DNA of 64,000 nt, from positions 1 through 64,000 of IMG/VR virus record IMGVR_UViG_3300007708_000003. One strand, given 5' to 3'. Position 1 is the first letter of the stretch. Each line of letters starts with the position of its first letter. Origin of the DNA: a virus. The notes beneath the pieces are model-generated. The model was not told the origin of the DNA. It made no database searches and saw nothing but the letters and a program-made list of their open reading frames with translations. Positions 17,111-27,188 of the stretch are shown here, piece after piece. Position numbers and translations under genes: made by a program.

Positions 17111-20100
17111 TTATCCAAATATTAATGCGATTGCTATTGATTCTGCTTGTGTAACTCCGCCTCCTGTAGGCGCTGCAAATGTACCATCTCCACGTAAAAA
17201 TGTAGTTGTGTTATTTGGAGGTGTTGGTACTAAACCACCAACAGTTGCAGTCATTGTATTTGCAAAAAACCTGCTACTAATGTTATTAGCTATTGTATTT
17301 GGAGAAGCAAATGTTCCACTATTTGCAAACACCAAATCATCTAAGATTCTATTATTACCTACTGCTACAAAACTATTAATTAATGTTATTTCAGTAAGTA
17401 GTATAACCCTACTGTTAATTATATTAAAATCAGAGTTAAGGCAATTAATTCCTCTAAGACCTGTCGAGGTTCCTGAGTTATAATAATTACCCCACTGCAT
17501 ATTTCTTATCTTAACATTTCCAATTAAAAGAATAGCAGAATCGCAAGTAAAATTACAATAATGGTTCCTTCTTGAATAAATCATTTCAAATTCTATACTG
17601 TAAGAAACATTATCCATTACTACATTGTAAAACAATGGGTTACTTTCTATATTAAATCCACCGCCTAATTCATAGTTATTTATATTAGCACCAGGCAGTA
17701 CTATACTAGCACCATTTGTCCATATTAATCCTCCCCAAATTACATAGTCAAACCCATTATATTGTAATGTTGTGTTATAAATACTATATGAGTCATATTT
17801 TGGGTCATAAAATTCTGCAATAGCATTTTCTTCATCTATAGTACTAGTTGAAGTAGCTTTAACATAAACATAAACAGTGGATAAATTATTATAAAACTTT
17901 GTTTCTTCTACTTTATATACTTGACCTATAACAAGAGAATCTGTATTAGCTAAAGCAAGTAAGGCTGCTGAACTTATAGGTGTTAATCCTGAGAATTCAT
18001 CTTTAGGAGCTCCACCTAATCCATTTAGTGTATATGTTGGAACATTTAATATTCCTGTTCCTGAATTATATGTTGAGGCTCCACTTGCCCCTGTAGTTGT
18101 TAAAGCAGTCATTCCTGTTCCTGCCATTATACCTGATTGCTGAGTAACTGTAAGTACTACAGAAGCAGTAGATGGAGGAGGACTTCCTGCAGGTTCAAAT
18201 GAAATAAATACATTTGTATCTGCTGTACTCCATACAAATTCATAATAATCTCCTGCTATAGGATCAAGTAGAAAGTTCCAAGAAGGAAGTGTATGCCCAT
18301 CAAAGGCTCCGTGTTTTTTAGGAACTAATACAACACCTGCAGATCCAGGCACATCAACACCATTCTTTCTAAGCCATATTGTTACATCGTGTTCTGCTGC
18401 TGTTGGATTTCTAAATTGTGCTGACCATTGTATATTATATATTCCTGTATTTGCTATTGTAACTCTTGAACCACTAACTACTGTAACTCCATTAGTTAAA
18501 TCAGTTACGCCTAATAGCATTGGATAACCTGTATTAATTACAGCAGCAAATTGGTCTGTTACATCAGAAAATGCTCCATAATATCCTGCAGGTGTAGTAG
18601 CTGTATTAGTCCCCCACTTTAATCCTGTTGGTGTTGTACTATCTGCTATAAGAATTTGTGTATTTAATCCTACAGGTAATCTTGTATCAACTGTAGTATT
18701 TCTAACAAATATATCTCCTTTGGTTGTAAGAGGAGAAGTATATGTAGCTGTGTTTGTTAATGTTCCTGCACTTAAACTTAACCCTGTACCAATAGTTATT
18801 TCTTCCATAACACCTGTACCTGCTGTACTTCTACCAATAAGTTTATTAGTAGCCATAGATGTAGAAATAACAGGAGTTGTACCTCCTGAAGATGTAATAG
18901 GACTTGTTGCTGTTACAGATGTAATTCCACCAACTGAATTCATATTAGTTGAAGTCCAAGCTGTACCATTAAAAAATCTGTAAACTAAAGAACCTGTTGT
19001 ATATCCAACTCCACCTATTGTAGTTGTACCACCTACAACATAAACTATATATCCTTGATTTGTTTCAGGAACTGCATCTGTTACTGTTATTGTACCATTA
19101 GTACTATAAATGCCTGAATTTGCTGCTGTAAATGATGTTGTTTTAGCAACACTTCTATTTATAAATTTTTTAGGAACTAATTCATTTTGTCCTAAATCTT
19201 CATAAACAAGGTTTGGACTTAAATTATATTCTGCCTTACCATTTGTTTTATTAAATGTTAATGATTGGTTTAGCGTTAAATATTCAACATTATTTTTTAT
19301 AAAAACTAATTTATCAATATTTACTCCACTAAGAGCTAGACTTAATAATGCATTGTTAACATATAGACTAGTAGAATATTGATTAACATAAGTTTCAATT
19401 ATATTACCAACTAAATCTATAAGAACAGTACCATTAGTAGGAACTCCTTTAAATGAAGTAAAGTATCCAGTACATAAATACTTAGTATCATTATCTACTA
19501 ATTGAATAGAAGAAACTAAAATACCACCAGGTGGTACAATACCAGCAAATCCTGTCCCTGCTACAAATGATGTATCTATAGTACCATCTTGATTAATTTT
19601 TATAATTCCATTAGTAGGTGTTCCATTATAAGAAGTATGAGTACCAACTGCAATTATCTTATTATCAGGAGTTTTTAATAAATAATTAGCTTGATAACCT
19701 GACGGACTAAATCCTGTTGATACAAATGAAAAATCTCTATCGCCATTTGGTAATAGTTTAATGATATTTGGTATTGCAAGTCCTTTGTATGTAGTAGCGT
19801 AAGAAGTTATAAATAAAGTGTCATCTGAATTTACAGCAATAGATATAGTAGCGTTATTGAAACCTGAACCTATTATAAAAGATGAGTCTATATCTCCATT
19901 TAATAATAATTTTGCTAATCTATTTTGACTTACTCCTTTATAAGTGTTGTAAATACCTGTTACGTAAACAGCAGTTTTTGCAACATTAAAATCTAAATCT
20001 AATGTATAATCATTAAATCCAGTTCCTACATTAAAAGAAGTATCTCTACTACCATCAGTATTTAGTTTAAGTATTCTATTTGCAGAAACTGAATTATATG

Positions 20101-21082
20101 TGGTAAAAGTTCCTGAAATATATAATTTACCAAAATTATCTTCTAATAAAGAAGTACCTGCATAAGGAAAATTATTAAGTCCAGTTCCTGTAGCAAAAGA
20201 AGTGTCTATTTGACCATTAGTAAGAATTTTTACAATACCTTTACTTGCACCACCATCATAACCATTAAAATTTCCATATACATAATATCCTCCATTTTGT
20301 GCTAATTTTATAGCTACTGAATAAAGAAGATATCCTGGAGGTGAAGTGGCAGGTGTAAAAGCTTTCCCTGTAAAAAATGCATAAAGTAATTCTATTTCAT
20401 CAGCAGTTTTATTTACAGTAATTGTTTGTTGTAAACTTGGAGTAGTTATATCAGAAGTTAAAGCTATTGTACCACTTGCATCTGGTAAATTATATTTTTG
20501 TGTGGCTGTTAAATCAGTAGTTGATATACGAGCCATAATAGTACCATCCTTTGAAAGTACTGTTTGACCATCTTCATCCGCATTTGCATTTGCTCCAAAT
20601 AGGTTTACATTGTTGAAATTGTTAGTAAATCCAGCACTATCACCTAAAGCATTAACATTAATTCCTGTATTATTAACTCCAGCTCCTGTTCCCTGAAAGT
20701 TATTACCATCAACTAAATCATGGTTGTTGTCTAAAACTTGTTGCAATGTACTAGTAGGCAGTGCTGCTATATACGCTATAAGATCTGTTTGTGCTAATAT
20801 ATTACCTGTAATATTACCCCAAAGAATATTTGGTGTAATAACACTACTAATAGCATAATCTAACTTTTCAATTGCTGTAAGTACAGTATCACTTGAAGTA
20901 ATAGTACCAATAATTGGTACATAGTTATCCAAAGGTCTATCTAATACAACATCAATTTCTGTTATACCATTATATAATTTAAACCACTCACCTCTTAAAT
21001 AGAATTTTTTAAATCCTACATCTACATTTCCTGGCGTAGTGTTTAATTTTGCAAAATGTAATGGTACAATTATTTTTGACAT
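17111..21082 (-). CDS. Tail fibre/receptor-binding protein with delta-60-type beta-propeller repeats
   Basis: 1323 aa, Thr/Gly-rich; repeats such as KLNTDGSRDTSFNVGTGFN; fibre linkers LPDASGTIALTSD and FLRGDGTFA; C-terminal IAIALIFG. Confidence 0.8.
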   Translation of the reverse strand: MSKIIVPLHFAKLNTTPGNVDVGFKKFYLRGEWFKLYNGITEIDVVLDRPLDNYVPIIGTITSSDTVLTAIEKLDYAISSVITPNILWGNITGNILAQTDLIAYIAALPTSTLQQVLDNNHDLVDGNNFQGTGAGVNNTGINVNALGDSAGFTNNFNNVNLFGANANADEDGQTVLSKDGTIMARISTTDLTATQKYNLPDASGTIALTSDITTPSLQQTITVNKTADEIELLYAFFTGKAFTPATSPPGYLLYSVAIKLAQNGGYYVYGNFNGYDGGASKGIVKILTNGQIDTSFATGTGLNNFPYAGTSLLEDNFGKLYISGTFTTYNSVSANRILKLNTDGSRDTSFNVGTGFNDYTLDLDFNVAKTAVYVTGIYNTYKGVSQNRLAKLLLNGDIDSSFIIGSGFNNATISIAVNSDDTLFITSYATTYKGLAIPNIIKLLPNGDRDFSFVSTGFSPSGYQANYLLKTPDNKIIAVGTHTSYNGTPTNGIIKINQDGTIDTSFVAGTGFAGIVPPGGILVSSIQLVDNDTKYLCTGYFTSFKGVPTNGTVLIDLVGNIIETYVNQYSTSLYVNNALLSLALSGVNIDKLVFIKNNVEYLTLNQSLTFNKTNGKAEYNLSPNLVYEDLGQNELVPKKFINRSVAKTTSFTAANSGIYSTNGTITVTDAVPETNQGYIVYVVGGTTTIGGVGYTTGSLVYRFFNGTAWTSTNMNSVGGITSVTATSPITSSGGTTPVISTSMATNKLIGRSTAGTGVMEEITIGTGLSLSAGTLTNTATYTSPLTTKGDIFVRNTTVDTRLPVGLNTQILIADSTTPTGLKWGTNTATTPAGYYGAFSDVTDQFAAVINTGYPMLLGVTDLTNGVTVVSGSRVTIANTGIYNIQWSAQFRNPTAAEHDVTIWLRKNGVDVPGSAGVVLVPKKHGAFDGHTLPSWNFLLDPIAGDYYEFVWSTADTNVFISFEPAGSPPPSTASVVLTVTQQSGIMAGTGMTALTTTGASGASTYNSGTGILNVPTYTLNGLGGAPKDEFSGLTPISSAALLALANTDSLVIGQVYKVEETKFYNNLSTVYVYVKATSTSTIDEENAIAEFYDPKYDSYSIYNTTLQYNGFDYVIWGGLIWTNGASIVLPGANINNYELGGGFNIESNPLFYNVVMDNVSYSIEFEMIYSRRNHYCNFTCDSAILLIGNVKIRNMQWGNYYNSGTSTGLRGINCLNSDFNIINSRVILLTEITLINSFVAVGNNRILDDLVFANSGTFASPNTIANNISSRFFANTMTATVGGLVPTPPNNTTTFLRGDGTFAAPTGGGVTQAESIAIALIFG

Positions 21083-21098
21083 AATACAGAATGTGTTA

Positions 21099-21118
21099 CA
21101 TTATAATATACAAAATTA
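21099..21118 (-). promoter_or_regulatory. Candidate promoter for the tail fibre operon
   Basis: Minus strand TAATTTTG-TATATTATAATG: a TAnnTTTG element overlapping the GTATATTATAAT motif. Confidence 0.45.
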
Positions 21119-24100
21119 TTGATTACGTTTAAGTATGTCTATTCTATAATTAGGATCAAACATATCTCTAAAATTTTTATATCCAGTAAGATCTACAAAA
21201 TCTTTTGCTAATTTCATATCTCCTTTTTCATATGCTCCTGATTTTCTATTGTAGTATGCTTCTTTCCATATAGCAGTGTAAAGTTCACTGTCATATTCTG
21301 GATCTGGTTCTTCACCACCTTGCATACTTAATGCCATTATAGTACTTAATGCATGAGTTGTTAATTTCTTAGCAGCTGTAAGTTCTCGCGTATATGTGGT
21401 CAAACTTGTAAAGTTTTTAATATATTCAGAAGATCCTCCTCCTAATGGGAACATTGCAGTAGTTTCACCTTTTACACCCCATAAAAGTCTTATAGCATTA
21501 CCTTCAAGAAAACCTAATTCTTCATCATCATCATCTTTACGTCTTACATATTGTGTAGCAGCCATTGAAGCAATTGTTAATATTGCCATTGCTACAGCAT
21601 CTCTTCTTGCATGAGATATACTTCTAGTATATACTTTTCCTATTGTTGCAGTATTAATAGCTTTTGTGCCTTGTTTACCAAAATTAAAAAAATACTTAGT
21701 AGTTTCTACAAATCCATATGCTTTATATACTTTTGCTAAAGCTCTCCAGTAACCTATAGTTACCTCAGCTCCCTCCCAGTTAGGTCTAAGATATCCAAAT
21801 CTATTTAAAAATTGTGGTATAATATACTTTCTATAATAGAATACTAACTTACCAATTATATTTTCTTCAAATTTAGTTTTATCCCATCCTGCATAGTTAC
21901 CTTGTGCTCTACGCATTTCTGAGTAAATTATATTTCTAAGGAACTTTTCATCTTCTTTTGTAAACTCTACATCTTTTCTTATTTGTAATAATTTATTAGC
22001 ATCTTGATAATATACTTCATGTGCACTTACTGTCATATCAGTACCATCTGCATTTTTTTTGTATACTTTATTACCAGCTGTATCAGTAGTAAATACTTTG
22101 TATTTGTAACTATCTAATACAGAATACATTACTACAATACCTATAGCTCCATCACCTTTTTCTTGCACCATATATCCAAGCTCTACAGGATTCATAAATT
22201 TACCTATAGCTCTTCTTTCTCTACTTCCAGATGCCTCATTTAAATACTTATCAAATTCTTTTTGTAAAGGGTTGAATTTTCTATATAACATAGTAGACTC
22301 ACTTACATCATTTACTTTACCCCAATCAGCAAAATAGTTTGGCATAAATGTTCCAAAAAATTGTTTTTGTGCCCACATCCAGTTTTGTTTAGAATAATGT
22401 GAACTGTCATCTATACCACCTGCAGAAAGAAAAGATTGTACATTACCAGATATGTAGTTTTTAGTCTGGTTCACAACATCAAATCCCATTCTTACAAAAC
22501 TTGTATATGCCATTACTTGTTTTACAATTTTTGTAAGCTGTCTATTTTTTTCTTCAGGATTATCAGCTTGTCCATTTACAAACTTTCTTTTTTCATATTT
22601 TAAAATCTCAATAACCTTATTGATTTCTTTAAATCTTTTATTCCAATCTACTGTAGATTTTTTGTTTGTGACAGGGTCTATATATGTAAAATCTTTTGCT
22701 TGTATTTTATTTTGAATATTTTCAGATAACATCTCAAGATATTCTATTGTCATATTAGCAACTGGTGCTGCTTCTTGCATTGCTGCTTTATAATGTGCCT
22801 CACCTGCATAACGCATTAATGCACCTATACTATCAGTAGTCTGCAATGTTAATGGTAACTGGTTAGCTCCAGAAAGTCTTATTACATCACCTAAAGCTCC
22901 ATAACTATTATCAATATAATCTTGTTGACTACCTGTAGTTCTTAATTCTTTATCTATATACGTATCCATTTGTTTACGTATACTATCTGTAATACCTAAT
23001 GTAGAAAAGTTTTCTATTGTAGATGCTGCCATTCCTGGTACTAAGTATCCTGTTCTTCTACCATCAACTTTGTTCTGTAGTTTAAAATACATATTCATAA
23101 GTTGATTGTAAAAATTAAATACTTCAGGATTATTCATCAACTGCATGTATTTAGGATTTACTGCAGGAAAAGATTGACCTGTTAATGGATCTGTTATCAT
23201 CATGTTTTCCATACCTGGTATAACAGTGTATACACCATTTACTTCTTGTATGTTTTTAGGCATAGGAATACCATCTGCAGATTTTAAAAAGTTTTTATTA
23301 TATGCACCTTCAATAAACTCAAGTTCACCTGTTGCAACTAAGTCATTTAATTCTTCTTCTGTAAAGTTATCTATTTGTTCATCTGTAAGTTGCTCACCTG
23401 TTCTGGTATCATAATACTCATCTGTTCTTAAAGTTTTAATTCTATATCTACCACCTGGTTTTTCTTCCATGTATACAGATTTCATTTCATCAGATACAGT
23501 TCTTTGATAGTTAAAACCTTTAGGTATCTTATTATCCTTAAAGTAGTTTTCATCTTCTCTAATAGATTTATAAGTTATATTGTGAAAACTTTCATACCAG
23601 TTTTTGTACTCAGCTTCACCTATATAAAATTGATTTTCATATTTTAAATAGTCAGCTTCTAACTCAGCTAATCTTTCAGGTGTTGCAGAATCTCTTTCTA
23701 ACTGATATGCAACTGATGCATTAATATAGTTAGAATACTTATTTTCTAAGTTTCTAGTTTTACTTTTAAACTGCAAGTCATAATCTTTTACTAATGACAT
23801 TGTAGACATTTTATCTAATGCCATATTTAACTCAGATAACATTTCAGCATCTTCAGGTTGCATTTTTACTCTAGGTTTACCTTCTGAATTTGTAATAGCA
23901 TTTATCTCAACTTCTATTTGATCAAGTCTTAGTATAGTATTCTCATCTAAGTTTTTAATCTTAAGCTCACCTAATACTTTATGTGGAGCTAATAAGTTTT
24001 TTCTTTCCTCAAACAAATCTTGCAATACAGGATTTTCACCATAGTATATACTTAGTATGGCGTTTCTTTCATCATATATGGTACTAAGATCTTTGTACCA

Positions 24101-27100
24101 TTGATCAGTAGGTTTTACAACAGTATTTCTGTCTAACCATTTCTGCCATTTTTCTGGATCATCAATCTCATATTTAATCTTTGCATTTTGATATGCTAAC
24201 TCATATTTATTTGTGTCTTCTTCAAACTTATATAATTGATTGAACATGTCTATATACTTTTCATAATCAGGGTTTTGCAATTTTGCTTCCTGTTTAAGCT
24301 GTCTTAATTCATACTCAATCTGTTCTAGTCTATCTAAATCTTCATCACTTAAAAACTCTTCTGATGATACATCAAGACTTGCTTTTATAATTTCAATCTC
24401 ATGATATTTCTTTTGAAGTTCATTTCTGATTTCAAATGGTAACATTTTTTGAAACTCATAAAACTTTGTTTTATATGGTAAACTTGTATTATCTACAAGC
24501 CACTGTATATTAGCTTCTGTAAATACATTTCTTTCATTTATCTTATCATAGTATTCTTTTTCAAGATCTGTAAACTCTTGTGTTCCAGGTTCTTTACTTG
24601 AAAATGCAGCTTTTAAACTTTTAATTTCTTTTTGGATTTTAGCATACTGGTTTGAGAAATCTTTATAGATTCTATCATATTCATTAGAAGTAGGTTTTAC
24701 AAAATATCTTGCAGTCTTTTCTTCTTCCTGCATTGTTTCATAGTTAAAAACTTTTGTAGTTCTTTCTTCATGCATCATTTCATTAAGCTGTTGTAAAGTA
24801 TAGTTTTTTAACAACTCACCTTTTACTTTATCAAATTGCATAATAGCAAAGTCTTCCTGTACATTTTCTACAGCAATACTTTTTACATTTTTTAAGAACA
24901 TGGTGAATGCAGCAATCATTTTATCAGAGTTACCTGCAGATGCAATAAAGTTATCTAGCATCATACCATTCATAACACCATCTGGATTCATAATATCCTG
25001 TGCTCCTATGTATATACCTGATGCAGGATCTGTAACAGCATTGATATACTTTTTTAAAGAGTCTGCGTCATAGTTAAAATTTTGTCTTCCTCTAAGAGTT
25101 AGTATTTTAAATTCTAAGTCTTCAATTTGTGTTATTAAATCTTTTTGAGGCTGTGTAAGATTTTGTTGGAAACCATCTTTGTATGTTTTACTTAACATAC
25201 TTAATGTTGCATGTTTTAGTTTACTTAAAAACCCTGCAGATTTACCATCTTTTAAATCTTGTATCTTTCTTTCAAGCATCATTATTTCTATATCAAGAGG
25301 TTCCTTAGAAAGTTCTTTTACTCTTGACATTGTTTTTTCTCCAAGTGAAGCTAGTATTTTTACATTAGATTCCAAACTTACTTCAGCAAACATAGAGTTT
25401 ATAATCTCTATATTTGTTTTTAAAGCATTCATCTTTTTTACAATCTCACTGTTTTGATCCAGTTTGTTTTCAGGATTTTGCATTGCATCTCTAACAACTT
25501 GATCTAAAAGATTTACAATTTCAGACATTGATCTTGTTCTCTTAAATACTTGAGATACAACTTCAGAATGTTTTAAAAACTCACGTGTGTTAGATATAGA
25601 TTTTCTAAATTTTAATATAGCATCTGTTGCTTCTGTTAATGCATTACTGATTTCATTACTAGTAATTTCATGCACTACAGCAAAGTTGTGCATTAAGCGA
25701 TTATCAGATACAGAATGTGGCTTATTGTAGTTTTCATAAAATCCTTCTAGTGTTTTCTTTTGTTCTTCATATACACGTATAAGAGCAGGATTCTTTTTCT
25801 TATCTCTTGCATCCTGCAGTCTAGTTTGTACATCACGTATCTGTGAGTCAAACATGTTTTTAATTGTTTGAATTACTCTTTCATCTTGTTCTACAGTAGG
25901 TAAGAAGTCAAGTATTTTTACATCTTTCTTTTCTTCTTCTTCTTGTATTTCTTGACCAGTAGGTATTTCAAACTCAACAGCATTTCTAAGCTTAGTAACC
26001 TTATTACGTAGTGTACCTAGTTTGTCATCATCCATAGAAAGAAAACCTGCTACATAACCATAGTAGTCTTCAGTATCAAACATATGTACAGCTCTTCCTA
26101 ACATTTTTTTATTATCTTTATCCATCTGATAGAATAAAGCAATAATAGAAGAGTCTCCTCCTTTTTCTAATCCAGATTGTCTAAGTATGTTTTCATACAA
26201 CATCAGCTGTAAAGACCATGTGTCATATACAGTTCTTTTATAATCACTAGCTTTTAGTATATTAATAGATGCTTTTTTGGCAACAATGTCTTCAGCTTTA
26301 GTAAGAGTAGGAAAGTTTTTATTTGTCATACTCATTAATACACGTGTTACATTATCTAATTCTAACACGCCATCAATAAGAGGATCTTTGTCACCTAAAA
26401 GATTGCTTACTTTTTTAGTTTTAAAGTCATACACTTTGAACTTACCATTTGTATCTATTGCAAGTAAGTCAATTCTACCTATGATAAAACTATCTTCAGA
26501 TCTACCTTTACCAATTACAGTAAGCTCTGGTATAATAATATGTTCTGTACCTTTTAATGCAGCTATTTTTTCAACTACATCTCTTACCATATTAAACAAT
26601 TCTTTATCAGATAAGTTTTCTAACTGAAAATAATTTTCTTTATAGAATGCAGCTAAGTCATCTTCAAACAATTTATAATCTCCAACTACATCTGTAATTC
26701 TTTTATTATCTTCATTAGCTATCTTGATCACTTTATCTGCAAAGTTATGTACAAATATTCCAAATCTTTTTGTTTTTTCAAATTGAGATGTATCACCAAC
26801 AAAGTTAGAACCAATAAGATTTGTAACAGAGTTTTTATTTACTGCTACACCTTCTTTTATACTTTTATTTAAAGCTCTTTGAAAATCTTTATTAGACTCT
26901 ATAAGTCCTTTAATTGCAGCTGTTTGCGCTTTTGTATTTACTCTAGATTTTAAAACTTCTAACATTATCTGCTCTTCTTGCATTTTTTTTAAAGTAAATG
27001 CATCATTAGATTTGCGAATTTTATCATCTTCATTTACTAAGAGTGTAGCATCTAAAAGAGATTGTGCTGTAGCAGTATCAGGTATAACATCGTTATTTAA

Positions 27101-27187
27101 AGCAACAGCAGCTCTAGCAGCTGCAGTACTTTTTAAATCTGATACTAATGCATCAAACTCAGGACCAATAGGACATGATAAACTCAT
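21116..27187 (-). CDS. Giant virion cargo/ejection protein with N-terminal PD-(D/E)xK nuclease domain
   Basis: 2023 aa; GIFVH...PELTV...GRIDLL...VYDFKT...LQLMLY; long helical body; single Cys at residue 5. Confidence 0.75.
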   Translation of the reverse strand: MSLSCPIGPEFDALVSDLKSTAAARAAVALNNDVIPDTATAQSLLDATLLVNEDDKIRKSNDAFTLKKMQEEQIMLEVLKSRVNTKAQTAAIKGLIESNKDFQRALNKSIKEGVAVNKNSVTNLIGSNFVGDTSQFEKTKRFGIFVHNFADKVIKIANEDNKRITDVVGDYKLFEDDLAAFYKENYFQLENLSDKELFNMVRDVVEKIAALKGTEHIIIPELTVIGKGRSEDSFIIGRIDLLAIDTNGKFKVYDFKTKKVSNLLGDKDPLIDGVLELDNVTRVLMSMTNKNFPTLTKAEDIVAKKASINILKASDYKRTVYDTWSLQLMLYENILRQSGLEKGGDSSIIALFYQMDKDNKKMLGRAVHMFDTEDYYGYVAGFLSMDDDKLGTLRNKVTKLRNAVEFEIPTGQEIQEEEEKKDVKILDFLPTVEQDERVIQTIKNMFDSQIRDVQTRLQDARDKKKNPALIRVYEEQKKTLEGFYENYNKPHSVSDNRLMHNFAVVHEITSNEISNALTEATDAILKFRKSISNTREFLKHSEVVSQVFKRTRSMSEIVNLLDQVVRDAMQNPENKLDQNSEIVKKMNALKTNIEIINSMFAEVSLESNVKILASLGEKTMSRVKELSKEPLDIEIMMLERKIQDLKDGKSAGFLSKLKHATLSMLSKTYKDGFQQNLTQPQKDLITQIEDLEFKILTLRGRQNFNYDADSLKKYINAVTDPASGIYIGAQDIMNPDGVMNGMMLDNFIASAGNSDKMIAAFTMFLKNVKSIAVENVQEDFAIMQFDKVKGELLKNYTLQQLNEMMHEERTTKVFNYETMQEEEKTARYFVKPTSNEYDRIYKDFSNQYAKIQKEIKSLKAAFSSKEPGTQEFTDLEKEYYDKINERNVFTEANIQWLVDNTSLPYKTKFYEFQKMLPFEIRNELQKKYHEIEIIKASLDVSSEEFLSDEDLDRLEQIEYELRQLKQEAKLQNPDYEKYIDMFNQLYKFEEDTNKYELAYQNAKIKYEIDDPEKWQKWLDRNTVVKPTDQWYKDLSTIYDERNAILSIYYGENPVLQDLFEERKNLLAPHKVLGELKIKNLDENTILRLDQIEVEINAITNSEGKPRVKMQPEDAEMLSELNMALDKMSTMSLVKDYDLQFKSKTRNLENKYSNYINASVAYQLERDSATPERLAELEADYLKYENQFYIGEAEYKNWYESFHNITYKSIREDENYFKDNKIPKGFNYQRTVSDEMKSVYMEEKPGGRYRIKTLRTDEYYDTRTGEQLTDEQIDNFTEEELNDLVATGELEFIEGAYNKNFLKSADGIPMPKNIQEVNGVYTVIPGMENMMITDPLTGQSFPAVNPKYMQLMNNPEVFNFYNQLMNMYFKLQNKVDGRRTGYLVPGMAASTIENFSTLGITDSIRKQMDTYIDKELRTTGSQQDYIDNSYGALGDVIRLSGANQLPLTLQTTDSIGALMRYAGEAHYKAAMQEAAPVANMTIEYLEMLSENIQNKIQAKDFTYIDPVTNKKSTVDWNKRFKEINKVIEILKYEKRKFVNGQADNPEEKNRQLTKIVKQVMAYTSFVRMGFDVVNQTKNYISGNVQSFLSAGGIDDSSHYSKQNWMWAQKQFFGTFMPNYFADWGKVNDVSESTMLYRKFNPLQKEFDKYLNEASGSRERRAIGKFMNPVELGYMVQEKGDGAIGIVVMYSVLDSYKYKVFTTDTAGNKVYKKNADGTDMTVSAHEVYYQDANKLLQIRKDVEFTKEDEKFLRNIIYSEMRRAQGNYAGWDKTKFEENIIGKLVFYYRKYIIPQFLNRFGYLRPNWEGAEVTIGYWRALAKVYKAYGFVETTKYFFNFGKQGTKAINTATIGKVYTRSISHARRDAVAMAILTIASMAATQYVRRKDDDDEELGFLEGNAIRLLWGVKGETTAMFPLGGGSSEYIKNFTSLTTYTRELTAAKKLTTHALSTIMALSMQGGEEPDPEYDSELYTAIWKEAYYNRKSGAYEKGDMKLAKDFVDLTGYKNFRDMFDPNYRIDILKRNQ

Positions 27188-27188
27188 A

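Noticed and set aside
19340-20330. CRISPR array or DGR template/variable repeat
   Set aside because: The repeats are degenerate protein-level repeats within an ORF; no identical spaced DNA repeats, adenine-specific repeat pair or reverse transcriptase seen
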